NCBI GenBank assembly: GCA_040285745.1
Contig: JAUFOR010000008.1
Location: 744,001 to 808,000, forward strand
Source of the DNA: Barthelona sp. PCE
Lineage: Eukaryota
Length of the DNA: 64,000 nt
Direction: 5' to 3'
The position numbers and the translations under genes are program-made. This document shows, in pieces, positions 33,815 to 43,537 of this stretch (within the stretch, counting starts at the first letter, position 1; the number at the start of each line of letters is the position of its first letter). A model generated the notes under the pieces. It searched no databases. It was given only the letters and a program-made list of their open reading frames with translations, and was not told the DNA's origin.

Positions 33815-36800
33815 TGATTTTCTTCCAGAGTCTCATCCATGTTAACGGGTAATAAAGGAAAGTAATCAGATTCTTTACAGAGATCTAAGTTCGGATATGG
33901 TGCCGCATACGGGCTACCTTCTTCAGAGTTTGGAAGTCCATACAACCATGCATAGAAACTTTCATACTCTATCTCCGAACTATCAATTCTCTGTCGAATC
34001 TCTGGCTCCTCAAAGGAGGGCTTCACATTAGTGAGGTAATACTCATGTGCTGAATTCGCTTGTTTCGACCACCTACCATGAATAGAACTATCGTCAACTG
34101 ACATATTTTGATCTACAATATATCCTGACCTGAGGGAATGTGGCGTCAACCTTGCATACGTGTCAGCATCGTATGGCAATACACCAATGTCCACTAGATG
34201 TTGCTGCACCTTTTTCATCGCTCCACTTATCTTTATGACCATTTTATCATATTTCACTCCGGGATGGCTTTCATCATATGTCATGTTGCCGGTATGAGGG
34301 TCGATCTTGTGGGCTTTGAAGATTGTCATTCCATCTTCGAGCTGTTGCTCCGCCCAGCATAAATATGCTACTAACCAATCGAGACCAGGTGTGTTAGAGA
34401 TATCCTCTATGGGGATATTCCACATCTTATTATCTCGGTTCGTTTTGGTATTACGGAAAACAACCGAGAACTCCTTCTTGTTTAGCACTTTAACTTCGTT
34501 GAACCTCATATCTTTGAGGTCCATGGTCCGAGCAGCAGTCAGGTAAGCTAACGCCATGTAAGCTAGCTGGGTGAGTAGCATTAAGAAAATACTTCTTCTA
34601 CTCTCCCGTGGTACTGTTTCGAGTTCCGTTTTGGTTGAAGTGATGAGTTCGACCATGACTAATTTGACTATGTCAGCAGTAGCTGCCATCTTGTACTTTG
34701 TGTCTTTGTCTCGAATAGTGGAATGGTAATAGGTAATACATCTTCTACCTATTGCCTGTTTCTGTTCGTCTGTCAATTTTTGTGAAAATTGGGGGTACGT
34801 GTACAGGAAGGCGTCAAACAGAATTCTCATTCTTGAGAAGTACGACCGATGAGTCGATCGCTTCCTAGAGGCGACTTCTACCCCTTTCTCTCCGTATTTG
34901 TGGAAGAACCAGTCATTCCAATGTTTGAACTCAGTACATTCTACCATCAGTTCGTTACAACCATGGATGCCCGTTTTCTTCTTAATATAATCACGAATCT
35001 CATTAAACATGTTTATCATACTCCTACGTGTCTTCAAGTCGTACATCTTCTTTAACGTGTCCATGACTGCATCGCTATGCATAAGAAGGGGACCACGGTT
35101 CACCTTTTCTTTAACCGGTGTTGCTGGAGGCTTTGATATCGTCAACTTTTTCGGGTCAATAATCATCTTTATCGATCCGTCATCTAATATCGAGTGTTCA
35201 ACTCTGGACCACAATGAGGTGAAAGGTACCTTTGACGGTAAGAGTACCTCGATAATCACATCGTGCTGTATGGCCTTAGTGACCAAAACTTCAATAGCTG
35301 TGTCTAATGCAACGTTGAGCGCAAAGACGCGTGAGTTTTGTCCTTCGTGACGAATGCTTAAATACGAGTGTGGTAAGTCTTGTGTGGCGCTCTCAATCTT
35401 TGACATGACCGGGAGTTCGACTTGTTCACCATCAAACGTCGTGGCAGTAATCTTTGGCGCTAGGTCGTCAAGTAATACCTGTAGATCACTGTCTAGTGTT
35501 CCCTTCAAACTAGGCTGTTCAGTGAGTACGTAGGCATTTTCAGTCTGTGAGTATTCTGGAAGCAGCATAGGTTCTGCCGTGGAGTCTGCTCTGCCGTAAA
35601 AGGCTCCCATGTGGAACATTAAGCCAGATTGTCCTTTGGATGACTGGTGTGTCTGCTTGTAAAAGGGGGCATGCATCACTGGGATGCTCACTGTCGGAGG
35701 TACAGTTGGTCGCAGTTTTATGGTCTTTGCAGGCAGCATCGACTTTATCTGGTACATCTTCTCCCTTTCGCCGATGGCTATACCTCGCGACAGATAATCT
35801 GCAGCAATGTTGAGTTTCGTCTGGACATACATAATGTTGATTCGGATGTTAAACTCATCAGCTTTTTCAAAGATCATCCTAATGACCTCGTTCAGCTCCT
35901 TATTCTTCGATTTTCCTGCTCTCAGGCCATATACAACTGCTGAGTTGTCATTACAGAGGAGAAAGTCCGAGTCCGGATTTTTCTCAGCCAACTTACTGAA
36001 CATAGAGTAAAGTGCTACAACCTCAGCTTCCATGATATGATGTGACTCTTTGCAGATTTGCAAGTCAAGATCACGCATTAACGTACCTGGATCCTCGACG
36101 GATCGATTGAGCTCATTTCTCAATTTCTCTCTCTTAAACGCAAAACCTCCACGGCCTTCAACTTTCTCGTTTAGGCATGCATCAGTGGCGATAATAACGT
36201 CATTAGCACACGCGTTGATGCGTCTCTGCTTATTTTCTTTGAGTAATTCTTTAGCTGCTCTGATCGCGAGTTTGTAGTCATCAATCAAAGATTCGGGGAT
36301 CAATCGGGACCCAAGTCCCTTGGATGTAAATAGAGGGACAGTGTCCTGGGAAATATTGATGTTTAAAATTTTTCTCGTGGAATCACGAATAATTTCTTCT
36401 ATCTGATCTGCATGACGTTTCAATCTAGGGCATGCGAACGATTTGGATGCTAATTTTCCCGCTAAACTCTTGGCTTGCAACAATGTGACCCCATCCTCAC
36501 TGTATAAGTTATCCAAGTGTTCTTTGATGGCTATAACCATCGCATCACTCTTTTTCTTTGCGATTCTGACCTTGGTGGTGAGGAGATCACTAGTGTCAAA
36601 CTCAAAGCCCAGCCAATCAATTATCTTGGTGGGTTCTACGATGGATTTCTCTCTGTTGATCTTGATTCCTAGGAGGAAACAAAGGGCCTTTATCGCTCTT
36701 ACAGTCCTTCTGACCATCTCAATGTCGTTGTGATAAATGAGAAAATCATCTACGTACACCTCAACGCATCCACCATACTTGTTCACAATTGAAGCTATCA

Positions 36801-38319
36801 TCTTGGATACTGATATCGAGATGTTACCAGCAATGGAGGACCCAAACGGAGTCTTCTTGAAGCGATAGTAATCCCCTTTGTGTTTAAAGGCAAAATAGTT
36901 GGATAATTCATCTTCCATCTTATTGTGGTAAAACCATGAAGATAGATCGATACTGGCCATATAAGCTCTAGGAGGGATCAGTTTCATGATCCTCTCGCCA
37001 GGAAGAGCAACTGGTAACATTAAACTTGCGTCATGGGCCTCAGGGGCATTCATGATAACTCGTACGTCACCATTATCTTTAGGGATCGCAAACACATCAT
37101 TAACAACTGCTATCTCGTCAATCTGATCCTCTTCTACCTTCTCCACGAAGGGAGCTATGGTGTCAAACGCCTCGTCTGCTACAGCATCATCGAATGTCTT
37201 TGGGTCTCTGCGTAAGTATTGTTCCTTAACTTTTTGTGCTAATTCTTCGTGCATCCAATTCTCTACTGATACTTCGGTAATACGTTTGCAAACTGCTGTG
37301 GGGTTGTTGATTTCAAGTTCTACCAATATTTGCCGTAGTATCTGACGTTGTCCATCGTGCCTCAAGAAGTGTTCTGAGTCATCAATGAACCAATTCTTGT
37401 CGTCTTTGAGGTCTAACCCCTGTTGTGCAATGTATGTATCCTCACATTTACCAGGCCATGCCTCTACAATCCAATTGGTTTCGCTATCGTGTGTCGCATT
37501 GACCAATCCATTCACAAAAACTCCTATTTTGTTCATATTATCTCTGGGCTTCAAGTATGGTTGGCTCAATTCGCGATCATAACCGTATTCTTCCACCTCA
37601 GTTCGACGTGGTGGAATGATATCATCAATTTCTTGTGGTTGGATATTTATCTCAACCCTACGGTTCTCTTGTGCTATGTGCCGCTGGACTTGTATGTTCT
37701 CATCGGCTAGCTGTTTCGTCTCAAGGTGTTGCTCATCCATCTTTTGGCTAACACCTTGTATATCGCTTTTAACACTTTCATTCTTCTCACCCACTTTTTG
37801 AATTTCTTTCTCGAGCACGTTCATTTTCTGCTCAAGCTTCTGGTGGGACTTTTCTACACTCTTCAAGAGGATCTTCTCATTGTGGTGCTTAATAGTTTCA
37901 GCGATCTTCTTCTGTGATTCCAGTATTTCATCACATACTCCAACTGCGCATTCATATATGTCATCGCGTTGGGCCTTCATATCCAGTTTAAGAACTTTAG
38001 CGTGCTTCTTAAACATCTTGATATCTTGTTCAAGGGACGTGTGAGCATCTTTGTGTCTGATGTCACCGTGTTTCGCAACTGTGCTCTTGTCATCAGTGCT
38101 CTCCTTCTTCTCCTTTGATTTGGTGTTGCCATTGTTGTCACCTTCAGGAGGTATTTCAAACGTTGTGGGTGTATTGTCCTCATCTTCGTTTGCTTCATTA
38201 ATAATGGGGGTGCGTGGCTCCTTGAGCTCTTGAACGCCTTCCTCACTTATTTTCTCGCGTGTAACTCGTATCTTGTATCCGTTACGTATCCACGTTCCAC
38301 TGGGGGGATCTGGAGGCAT
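33763..38319 (-). CDS. Retrotransposon ORF2: coiled coil + reverse transcriptase + RNase H + tyrosine recombinase
   Basis: RT: FAIPK..GDVRVI, SIDLSSWFYH, PFG, YVDDFLI, WLGF. RNase H: ATDAC, EAEVVAL, NDNSAVV, NIAADYLSR. YR: TAARTMD, NTKT, HSLRSG, HGRW, HEYY. Confidence 0.95.
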   Translation of the reverse strand: MPPDPPSGTWIRNGYKIRVTREKISEEGVQELKEPRTPIINEANEDEDNTPTTFEIPPEGDNNGNTKSKEKKESTDDKSTVAKHGDIRHKDAHTSLEQDIKMFKKHAKVLKLDMKAQRDDIYECAVGVCDEILESQKKIAETIKHHNEKILLKSVEKSHQKLEQKMNVLEKEIQKVGEKNESVKSDIQGVSQKMDEQHLETKQLADENIQVQRHIAQENRRVEINIQPQEIDDIIPPRRTEVEEYGYDRELSQPYLKPRDNMNKIGVFVNGLVNATHDSETNWIVEAWPGKCEDTYIAQQGLDLKDDKNWFIDDSEHFLRHDGQRQILRQILVELEINNPTAVCKRITEVSVENWMHEELAQKVKEQYLRRDPKTFDDAVADEAFDTIAPFVEKVEEDQIDEIAVVNDVFAIPKDNGDVRVIMNAPEAHDASLMLPVALPGERIMKLIPPRAYMASIDLSSWFYHNKMEDELSNYFAFKHKGDYYRFKKTPFGSSIAGNISISVSKMIASIVNKYGGCVEVYVDDFLIYHNDIEMVRRTVRAIKALCFLLGIKINREKSIVEPTKIIDWLGFEFDTSDLLTTKVRIAKKKSDAMVIAIKEHLDNLYSEDGVTLLQAKSLAGKLASKSFACPRLKRHADQIEEIIRDSTRKILNINISQDTVPLFTSKGLGSRLIPESLIDDYKLAIRAAKELLKENKQRRINACANDVIIATDACLNEKVEGRGGFAFKREKLRNELNRSVEDPGTLMRDLDLQICKESHHIMEAEVVALYSMFSKLAEKNPDSDFLLCNDNSAVVYGLRAGKSKNKELNEVIRMIFEKADEFNIRINIMYVQTKLNIAADYLSRGIAIGEREKMYQIKSMLPAKTIKLRPTVPPTVSIPVMHAPFYKQTHQSSKGQSGLMFHMGAFYGRADSTAEPMLLPEYSQTENAYVLTEQPSLKGTLDSDLQVLLDDLAPKITATTFDGEQVELPVMSKIESATQDLPHSYLSIRHEGQNSRVFALNVALDTAIEVLVTKAIQHDVIIEVLLPSKVPFTSLWSRVEHSILDDGSIKMIIDPKKLTISKPPATPVKEKVNRGPLLMHSDAVMDTLKKMYDLKTRRSMINMFNEIRDYIKKKTGIHGCNELMVECTEFKHWNDWFFHKYGEKGVEVASRKRSTHRSYFSRMRILFDAFLYTYPQFSQKLTDEQKQAIGRRCITYYHSTIRDKDTKYKMAATADIVKLVMVELITSTKTELETVPRESRRSIFLMLLTQLAYMALAYLTAARTMDLKDMRFNEVKVLNKKEFSVVFRNTKTNRDNKMWNIPIEDISNTPGLDWLVAYLCWAEQQLEDGMTIFKAHKIDPHTGNMTYDESHPGVKYDKMVIKISGAMKKVQQHLVDIGVLPYDADTYARLTPHSLRSGYIVDQNMSVDDSSIHGRWSKQANSAHEYYLTNVKPSFEEPEIRQRIDSSEIEYESFYAWLYGLPNSEEGSPYAAPYPNLDLCKESDYFPLLPVNMDETLEENHGPDQDDPVIDFEQRME
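33815..33944 (-). repeat. Split direct repeat B1 (130 bp), inside the ORF2 3' end
   Basis: Identical to 33538-33667. Confidence 0.95.
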
Positions 38320-38469
38320 AGTAGGTATTTCAATATTATGTTTCTTAACGGTCGTTGATTCGATAGCATTGGTGAGACTTGTTAGATGCTCACATAATTG
38401 CCCAAATTGAGTTGATAAATTCCCTGAGTTTACAAATGATGGGGATTCATCATCAACGACCGAACCTTT

Positions 38470-39489
38470 TCAATTCTTGTCGGTATCAGACCTCTTCTGA
38501 TAACTGTTGTTACGATTGTTCTTCGTACGCTTGTTCCTGTACGACTGTTCTTGTTTAAGGAAAAGCCTTTGTCTTTCAACACGCATTGTAAAACCCAATT
38601 TTGTGAGGAGAGTGTTCAGAATTTCCTCTCCACTTCTTGGGTCTTTCCAAACACCTTCAATGCCTGAAAACGTGTGGAACACATCATCTAGCCTTTCCAT
38701 AGGGAGTCCATGGTCCGACACCTGTTTTATCAACCATTTGGACAAGCCAAATGCAGACATCTTACCCACTACAACAGCCATCTTAATCACTTGATCACTT
38801 GTGAGTTTCTTAACACCAGCATCAACATCTAATTTGGATATGGCTCTAGCTGCCGTGTTCAGCAGATTTGCTGAGAAAGGAGCATCCTTCATGCCTAGTT
38901 CCATCAGTCTGTCATACTCAGACTCTTCGACCTCTCCAAAATCATTATTCAACCTGAGAAATTCGTGCTTAGTCAATCTAGGTCCCTCTCGTTGGATCAC
39001 AATTTCTCGCTTTCCAGCCTGTTTCTCTTGATTATCAAGACCCTCATATAAGTTCATCATGACGTTGATGTCATTTCTATTGGCTGTTCTGTAACATACG
39101 CTCTGCCCGTCACATTCTAACTTGACTCTCATGCTCAATATGGATTTCACAAAGAAGCACTGAGGACAATCTTTCGTCTCCTCATCATCACTGTTTACGA
39201 AACAAGACACGTCCAGAAAATCCATTAACTCTTCAAGACTCACTTTGGTGACCATCTCATCGCACTCACCCTTACCTATCAGGCCTGATAGCAGGGACCT
39301 CAAGCAAGCTGACCAAAAAATATTGCGAGTTAGTTCTGTAGTAAAAATCGCATACGAATGGGACTCAACTTCATCGATTACCATGTCATCTTGGAATGAC
39401 GTGCTCACATTGTACCTAAACTTACGGGACGCTTTTGTTTTCACCATTGTTACATATTCATCAACTGTTGCTTTCTCTACTGTTGTCAT
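38470..39489 (-). CDS. Retrotransposon ORF1 (gag-like by position)
   Basis: First ATG downstream of A1 (MTTVEK); basic N/R/K-rich C-terminus; ends at a TGA in frame with ORF2. Confidence 0.8.
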   Translation of the reverse strand: MTTVEKATVDEYVTMVKTKASRKFRYNVSTSFQDDMVIDEVESHSYAIFTTELTRNIFWSACLRSLLSGLIGKGECDEMVTKVSLEELMDFLDVSCFVNSDDEETKDCPQCFFVKSILSMRVKLECDGQSVCYRTANRNDINVMMNLYEGLDNQEKQAGKREIVIQREGPRLTKHEFLRLNNDFGEVEESEYDRLMELGMKDAPFSANLLNTAARAISKLDVDAGVKKLTSDQVIKMAVVVGKMSAFGLSKWLIKQVSDHGLPMERLDDVFHTFSGIEGVWKDPRSGEEILNTLLTKLGFTMRVERQRLFLKQEQSYRNKRTKNNRNNSYQKRSDTDKN

Positions 39490-39513
39490 TTGTGTTTCTG
39501 TACTAGTATACTT

Positions 39514-39623
39514 AATAAAATAAATAGGAAACCTTAAAATGGTGAGAAATTGAAATACACCCGCATACGTTCTATTCCATTCTCTGTTCAAAATCAATTA
39601 CAGGATCATCCTGATCAGGACCA
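39514..39623 (-). repeat. Split direct repeat A1 (110 bp), element 5' end
   Basis: Identical to 33705-33814. Confidence 0.95.
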
Positions 39624-39767
39624 GGGTCTCCAACGATTGATCACACGACTATTTTCGATATACTTAACCCTTAATTACATGAAATGGAGAAGAAAAACTG
39701 TGCCGGTAATTGTGAATAACCAGCACTATACTTTACACTTTGGTTGCAACTTTTCTGTCAAAATGAT

Positions 39768-39841
39768 GCCTCTTTAGCTCAGTTTGGTAGAGCGACGGAC
39801 TCTTAATCCGTCGGTCGGGGGTTCGATCCCCTCAAGGGGTA
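39768..39841 (+). tRNA. tRNA-Lys (CTT)
   Basis: GCCTCTT/AAGGGGT acceptor; GCTC…GAGC D arm; ACGGA-CTCTTAA-TCCGT anticodon arm; GTTCGATC; T-run downstream. Confidence 0.95.
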
Positions 39842-39919
39842 TATTTTTTGTGTGTATCAATATTATACTACACATGAATTTATATTTTTTTTACCTCTGA
39901 GTAAAATTCCGTAAACTAA

Positions 39920-39992
39920 TTCTCCATCGTTTAGTGGTTTATGATCCCAGATTCTCACTCTGGAGACCGGGGTTCGATTCCCCGTGGGGAAG
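39920..39992 (+). tRNA. tRNA-Glu (CTC)
   Basis: TTCTCCA/TGGGGAA acceptor; CCAGA-TTCTCAC-TCTGG anticodon arm; CGGGG-TTCGATT-CCCCG T arm; T5 terminator. Confidence 0.92.
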
Positions 39993-40118
39993 TTTTTATC
40001 ATTCAAATTTGTAGAGCGAAAGAAAGTTCCTGTACCTGTTTTCTTAACCAAAATTTCTCATCTCGAAAAGACTCATAGCTGAAAATCCCATCTTTTTCTG
40101 ATAAACCAACTTATTCTC

Positions 40119-40146
40119 GGTTCGATTCCTCGTCCAGGTATTTTTT
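40119..40146 (+). pseudogene. Orphan tRNA 3' fragment (T-loop, 3' acceptor strand, poly-T)
   Basis: GGTTCGATTCCTCG-TCCAGGT-A-TTTTTT with no D or anticodon arm upstream. Confidence 0.55.
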
Positions 40147-40362
40147 GTTTTGTGCTTGAACTGTTGTTGAGTGACGAAGAACGTAGTTGTGTGAAGTGAA
40201 AATGTTGTGAACTATTGCATTAGTAGGCTAAAGTGCAGTACGTTACACAGAATCAGCATAGCTGTGCGAATAATCACTCTTTAATAGCTTTTGATATAAT
40301 CATTATTAATTTTTTACTTTGCAACAAAACTGTGTTGAACAAATAATATTGAACATATTTGT

Positions 40363-42540
40363 TTATAAAAATTCTGCTTCATTATTTGTCTGTGAATGAT
40401 AGTTGGGCATGTGATATTCAACAATGGACGCTTCAGCGAGGAATGAGGGAAGATGGAACGTTTCAACTGTGGGATTCGTTGATTCTGGGTCTTGCTCAAC
40501 GTTAAATGTTTTCAACACCATTGTCTTGGTTTCTTCTTCGTATTTCATAACCTGAACTACATTATTTGGTAGATTTAGGTTGTTTAAAAAATCTCCATTA
40601 AATGTCAAGTTGCTATTTGAAAAAAAATGCGTTTCAATAGTACCATTAACAATGGTTACCTTATATATACCCTGATCCACACTAATATACGAGTCACCTA
40701 CGAAGCTGATGAAATTGTGGCCCTGTATTCGTTCACATTCATCTTCAAATTCATCATTTGTGTACTTATAAATTAGAACAGGTTCCAAAAAGTTGCCTGT
40801 TTCCCAATTAAGACAGTGCAATTGATGCACTTCGGATTCCACACCGTATTTATGTACAACAAAAAGCTGGTGGTCGGCTGTATCTACTAATGGACGGGGG
40901 TTATAGTTAACATTCGCAACATCATTATCATGGTAAAAGATGAAATGCTTCTGAACTTCTACATCATTTTCATCGATCAAAAATTGAAAAAAATTGATTG
41001 ACTCAGAACAAAAAATGCACGCAGAGTTTCCAACGACTGAATAAGAACAATCATTGAAGTATTCATCCTGTGGAAGCTCCAAAATTCTTGTATCTCCCAG
41101 ATAACCATGGGTTGTACCGTTATCATTGTAGCTGACATAAAAAGGTAACCCAGCAATAATGCCCACATTGTTTAATCCAATTTGACAGGAAGTTATTATT
41201 GGTTTTGATTCTGAACCCTCCCAGTGAATTTTAACAACTTCTGAAGACCCATGTCTATCATAACGCTGTGCAAGCATAAAGAAATGCTCTTCCCCAACTG
41301 GGTGAAACGATAGCTTGTTGTAACTTCTTTGAATCCTACCATTACTATTCATAACACTCTTATGTATAACGATTTTCTTTTCTTTGAAGTAAAAGAAACA
41401 TTGCATCCCACTATAATCATTAAAATGTGCTATTCCATCGAACATTACACTTAAAGGGCAAATATTGTCCAAGCGCATCACTTCATTACTGACACTTCTG
41501 TACTTCAACGGACCATAAACACCATCATAATTATTAGCGCCATACAAACAACAAAGTTCATCATGAAAGGAAATGGTTAAGTCAATATGCTTTATGTTGT
41601 CACAAACGAGATCATAGCAACCTAAACGACCAGTTGATGTCTTTAATTCCCCGTTTTCAATATGAACAACAATAAAAATCGAGTTATTTCTTCTGAGGAG
41701 TGCCGAAAATACATTTTGCGTTAATGTGAACAAGATAAACCCAGAACAGCAGTTTGTTTTTAAGTCTTTCAGTTGCGGGAATCTTTCTAATAAGTCAACA
41801 TGGTTCCGTTGACTGTCAATTATGATCAATTCTTCAAATCCAGTTCCAAATGTGGCAGAACAAACACAATCAGCATTAAAACAATCAATACATCTGTTGA
41901 ATTCTTCCAACTGTACGATATTTGGCTCGTGAGACTCGTCCATATCATCAACGCAGAAATTATAGTGGTATATCGAAAAATCACCTTCATTATTGGATAG
42001 TAAAGTATAGTTTGGCGACATTAAAGAAGTTGGATAATCACAATATTCTCCAAGGCATCTATTCTTTTCAGTTAAAATGTTGAAAATGTAACACTTAGTT
42101 AACGACCTATGATTTTCATTATTCTCTCCAATAAAGAATAAAAGATGATTGCTATCCAATGGAAGAATCCGGCTTGCTAAATACCTGTCTTGGTTGTTTA
42201 TCTCAAAAGGCAATGCCACTTTTCTGATCGTATGATCATCACTGGTGATTTCTTCGAAGAAAAGGATGTCAATATCGGTCAGAATATTGTCAGTAAAATT
42301 TTGTTCAAAGACCATATAACCTCCTGTTCCAGCCTTTTGCTTAAAAGAGTATTGAATAGGTTGGCAAGTTTCTTCAAAATATTCACAAAAATCTTTGCCC
42401 TTAACAGCACTTTCTATGAGACTGATACCTGTTTTTTCTCTTGAATTAATCAATCGAAAACCAGACTTATAAAAAAAAATCCTCCCCTCCGGATATGACT
42501 TAATTATTAAGTCATCTTCAAATTTGCGAACCCTGGGCAT
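40363..42540 (-). CDS. Lineage-specific multigene family protein (MPR-start, beta-rich)
   Basis: Likely start MPRVRK; shares motifs with 31045-33132. Confidence 0.75.
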   Translation of the reverse strand: MPRVRKFEDDLIIKSYPEGRIFFYKSGFRLINSREKTGISLIESAVKGKDFCEYFEETCQPIQYSFKQKAGTGGYMVFEQNFTDNILTDIDILFFEEITSDDHTIRKVALPFEINNQDRYLASRILPLDSNHLLFFIGENNENHRSLTKCYIFNILTEKNRCLGEYCDYPTSLMSPNYTLLSNNEGDFSIYHYNFCVDDMDESHEPNIVQLEEFNRCIDCFNADCVCSATFGTGFEELIIIDSQRNHVDLLERFPQLKDLKTNCCSGFILFTLTQNVFSALLRRNNSIFIVVHIENGELKTSTGRLGCYDLVCDNIKHIDLTISFHDELCCLYGANNYDGVYGPLKYRSVSNEVMRLDNICPLSVMFDGIAHFNDYSGMQCFFYFKEKKIVIHKSVMNSNGRIQRSYNKLSFHPVGEEHFFMLAQRYDRHGSSEVVKIHWEGSESKPIITSCQIGLNNVGIIAGLPFYVSYNDNGTTHGYLGDTRILELPQDEYFNDCSYSVVGNSACIFCSESINFFQFLIDENDVEVQKHFIFYHDNDVANVNYNPRPLVDTADHQLFVVHKYGVESEVHQLHCLNWETGNFLEPVLIYKYTNDEFEDECERIQGHNFISFVGDSYISVDQGIYKVTIVNGTIETHFFSNSNLTFNGDFLNNLNLPNNVVQVMKYEEETKTMVLKTFNVEQDPESTNPTVETFHLPSFLAEASIVEYHMPNYHSQTNNEAEFL

Positions 42541-43537
42541 GGGAAATTGGAATTCACTCACTGATAGAAGTGAGTATGTTGAAAACATTAATTTTCCTGC
42601 AATAAAAGCACTGAGACATAAAATTTATTCAATCAAGAGTATGTAGCAATAGTGTTTTTCAATAATATGTAAGAAATTTTAATCTAGAAGCACAAAGAAA
42701 ACAAGTAAAAAAATTATAAACATTATGAATAATAATAGATACACCTTCATCTAATCGCTCATCAGTTATCAGTCTGGGGCGGTAAGTATATTCCTAAAGT
42801 GCATTTTGAGTATGAATAAACCGTGTTAAAGGTTTATTACATAAAGGCAAGATGGATCCATCCAGAGGACAGTCCACAGTGAATAGCGCACAATTAAAAG
42901 ACCGTTTCAAGCTCAGATATGCACGTAACGTTGCTGTAAACGTATATTCACAGCTTTTTTTACTTTCTGTCAATTAGGAATTAATATTTGGCTGATGAGG
43001 TATATATGAGGGTAAAATTCCACTTACAGTTGTAAAACATAAGAGGGATACCGTTTTGATGATAAAAGTGTTTCTGATTTTCTTCTCGCTTTCGATTTTT
43101 TTGTAGTTTGTATCGCATAAACTGTCTATATCTCCCATTTTGTGCATAGACCTATCCTCACTTTCCTCTAAATGACATCCGAAACTAATGGAAATCGTAA
43201 TTTCTAAAGAAGTTGTGTTTGATTTTGTGGTGTAAGTTAAGAAAGTGTAATTTAGACGATTTATATTATCCACAACTGGGTCAATGGAAGCATGGTGTTC
43301 GATGGCTGCTCTTGTGTCAATCAGTACAGGATTTATACTGATATGGGGTGGAATTTGGGAATTTTTGTTCGTAGGGCGAAAGCTTCATATCTTTGGTGAT
43401 TTTCATGTCTTTTTATCTTCCAGCCTGGTACTTTTGAACAGTGGAATTGTAAGAGTGATTGAAAATGGCATTGTAGGTATTGTTAATATCAATGATTAAT
43501 GTGAAAATTTCGTTTTTAAGGATGGTGTGCTCACCAT

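Larger units (their letters stand above)
33538..39623 (-). mobile_element. Tyrosine-recombinase retrotransposon (DIRS order, Ngaro/PAT-like split direct repeats), apparently intact
   Basis: In element sense: A1(39623-39514), ORF1, ORF2 (RT-RNase H-YR), B1(33944-33815), A2(33814-33705), 37-bp spacer, B2(33667-33538). No TSD. Confidence 0.93.

Noticed and set aside
38470-38472. TGA reassigned as a sense codon genome-wide
   Set aside because: TGA ends AMPK beta, CDK20-like and Slu7 at sensible positions, and no in-frame TGA appears in conserved genes.
38470-39597. ORF1 start at 39597 (MILNREW…)
   Set aside because: That ATG lies inside repeat A1, an alternate frame of the ORF2 C-terminal sequence; 39489 is more plausible.
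42600-43530. Short ORFs 42974-43273 and 43284-43499 as genes
   Set aside because: No recognisable motif and stops in the extended frames; possibly pseudogene debris but unsupported.
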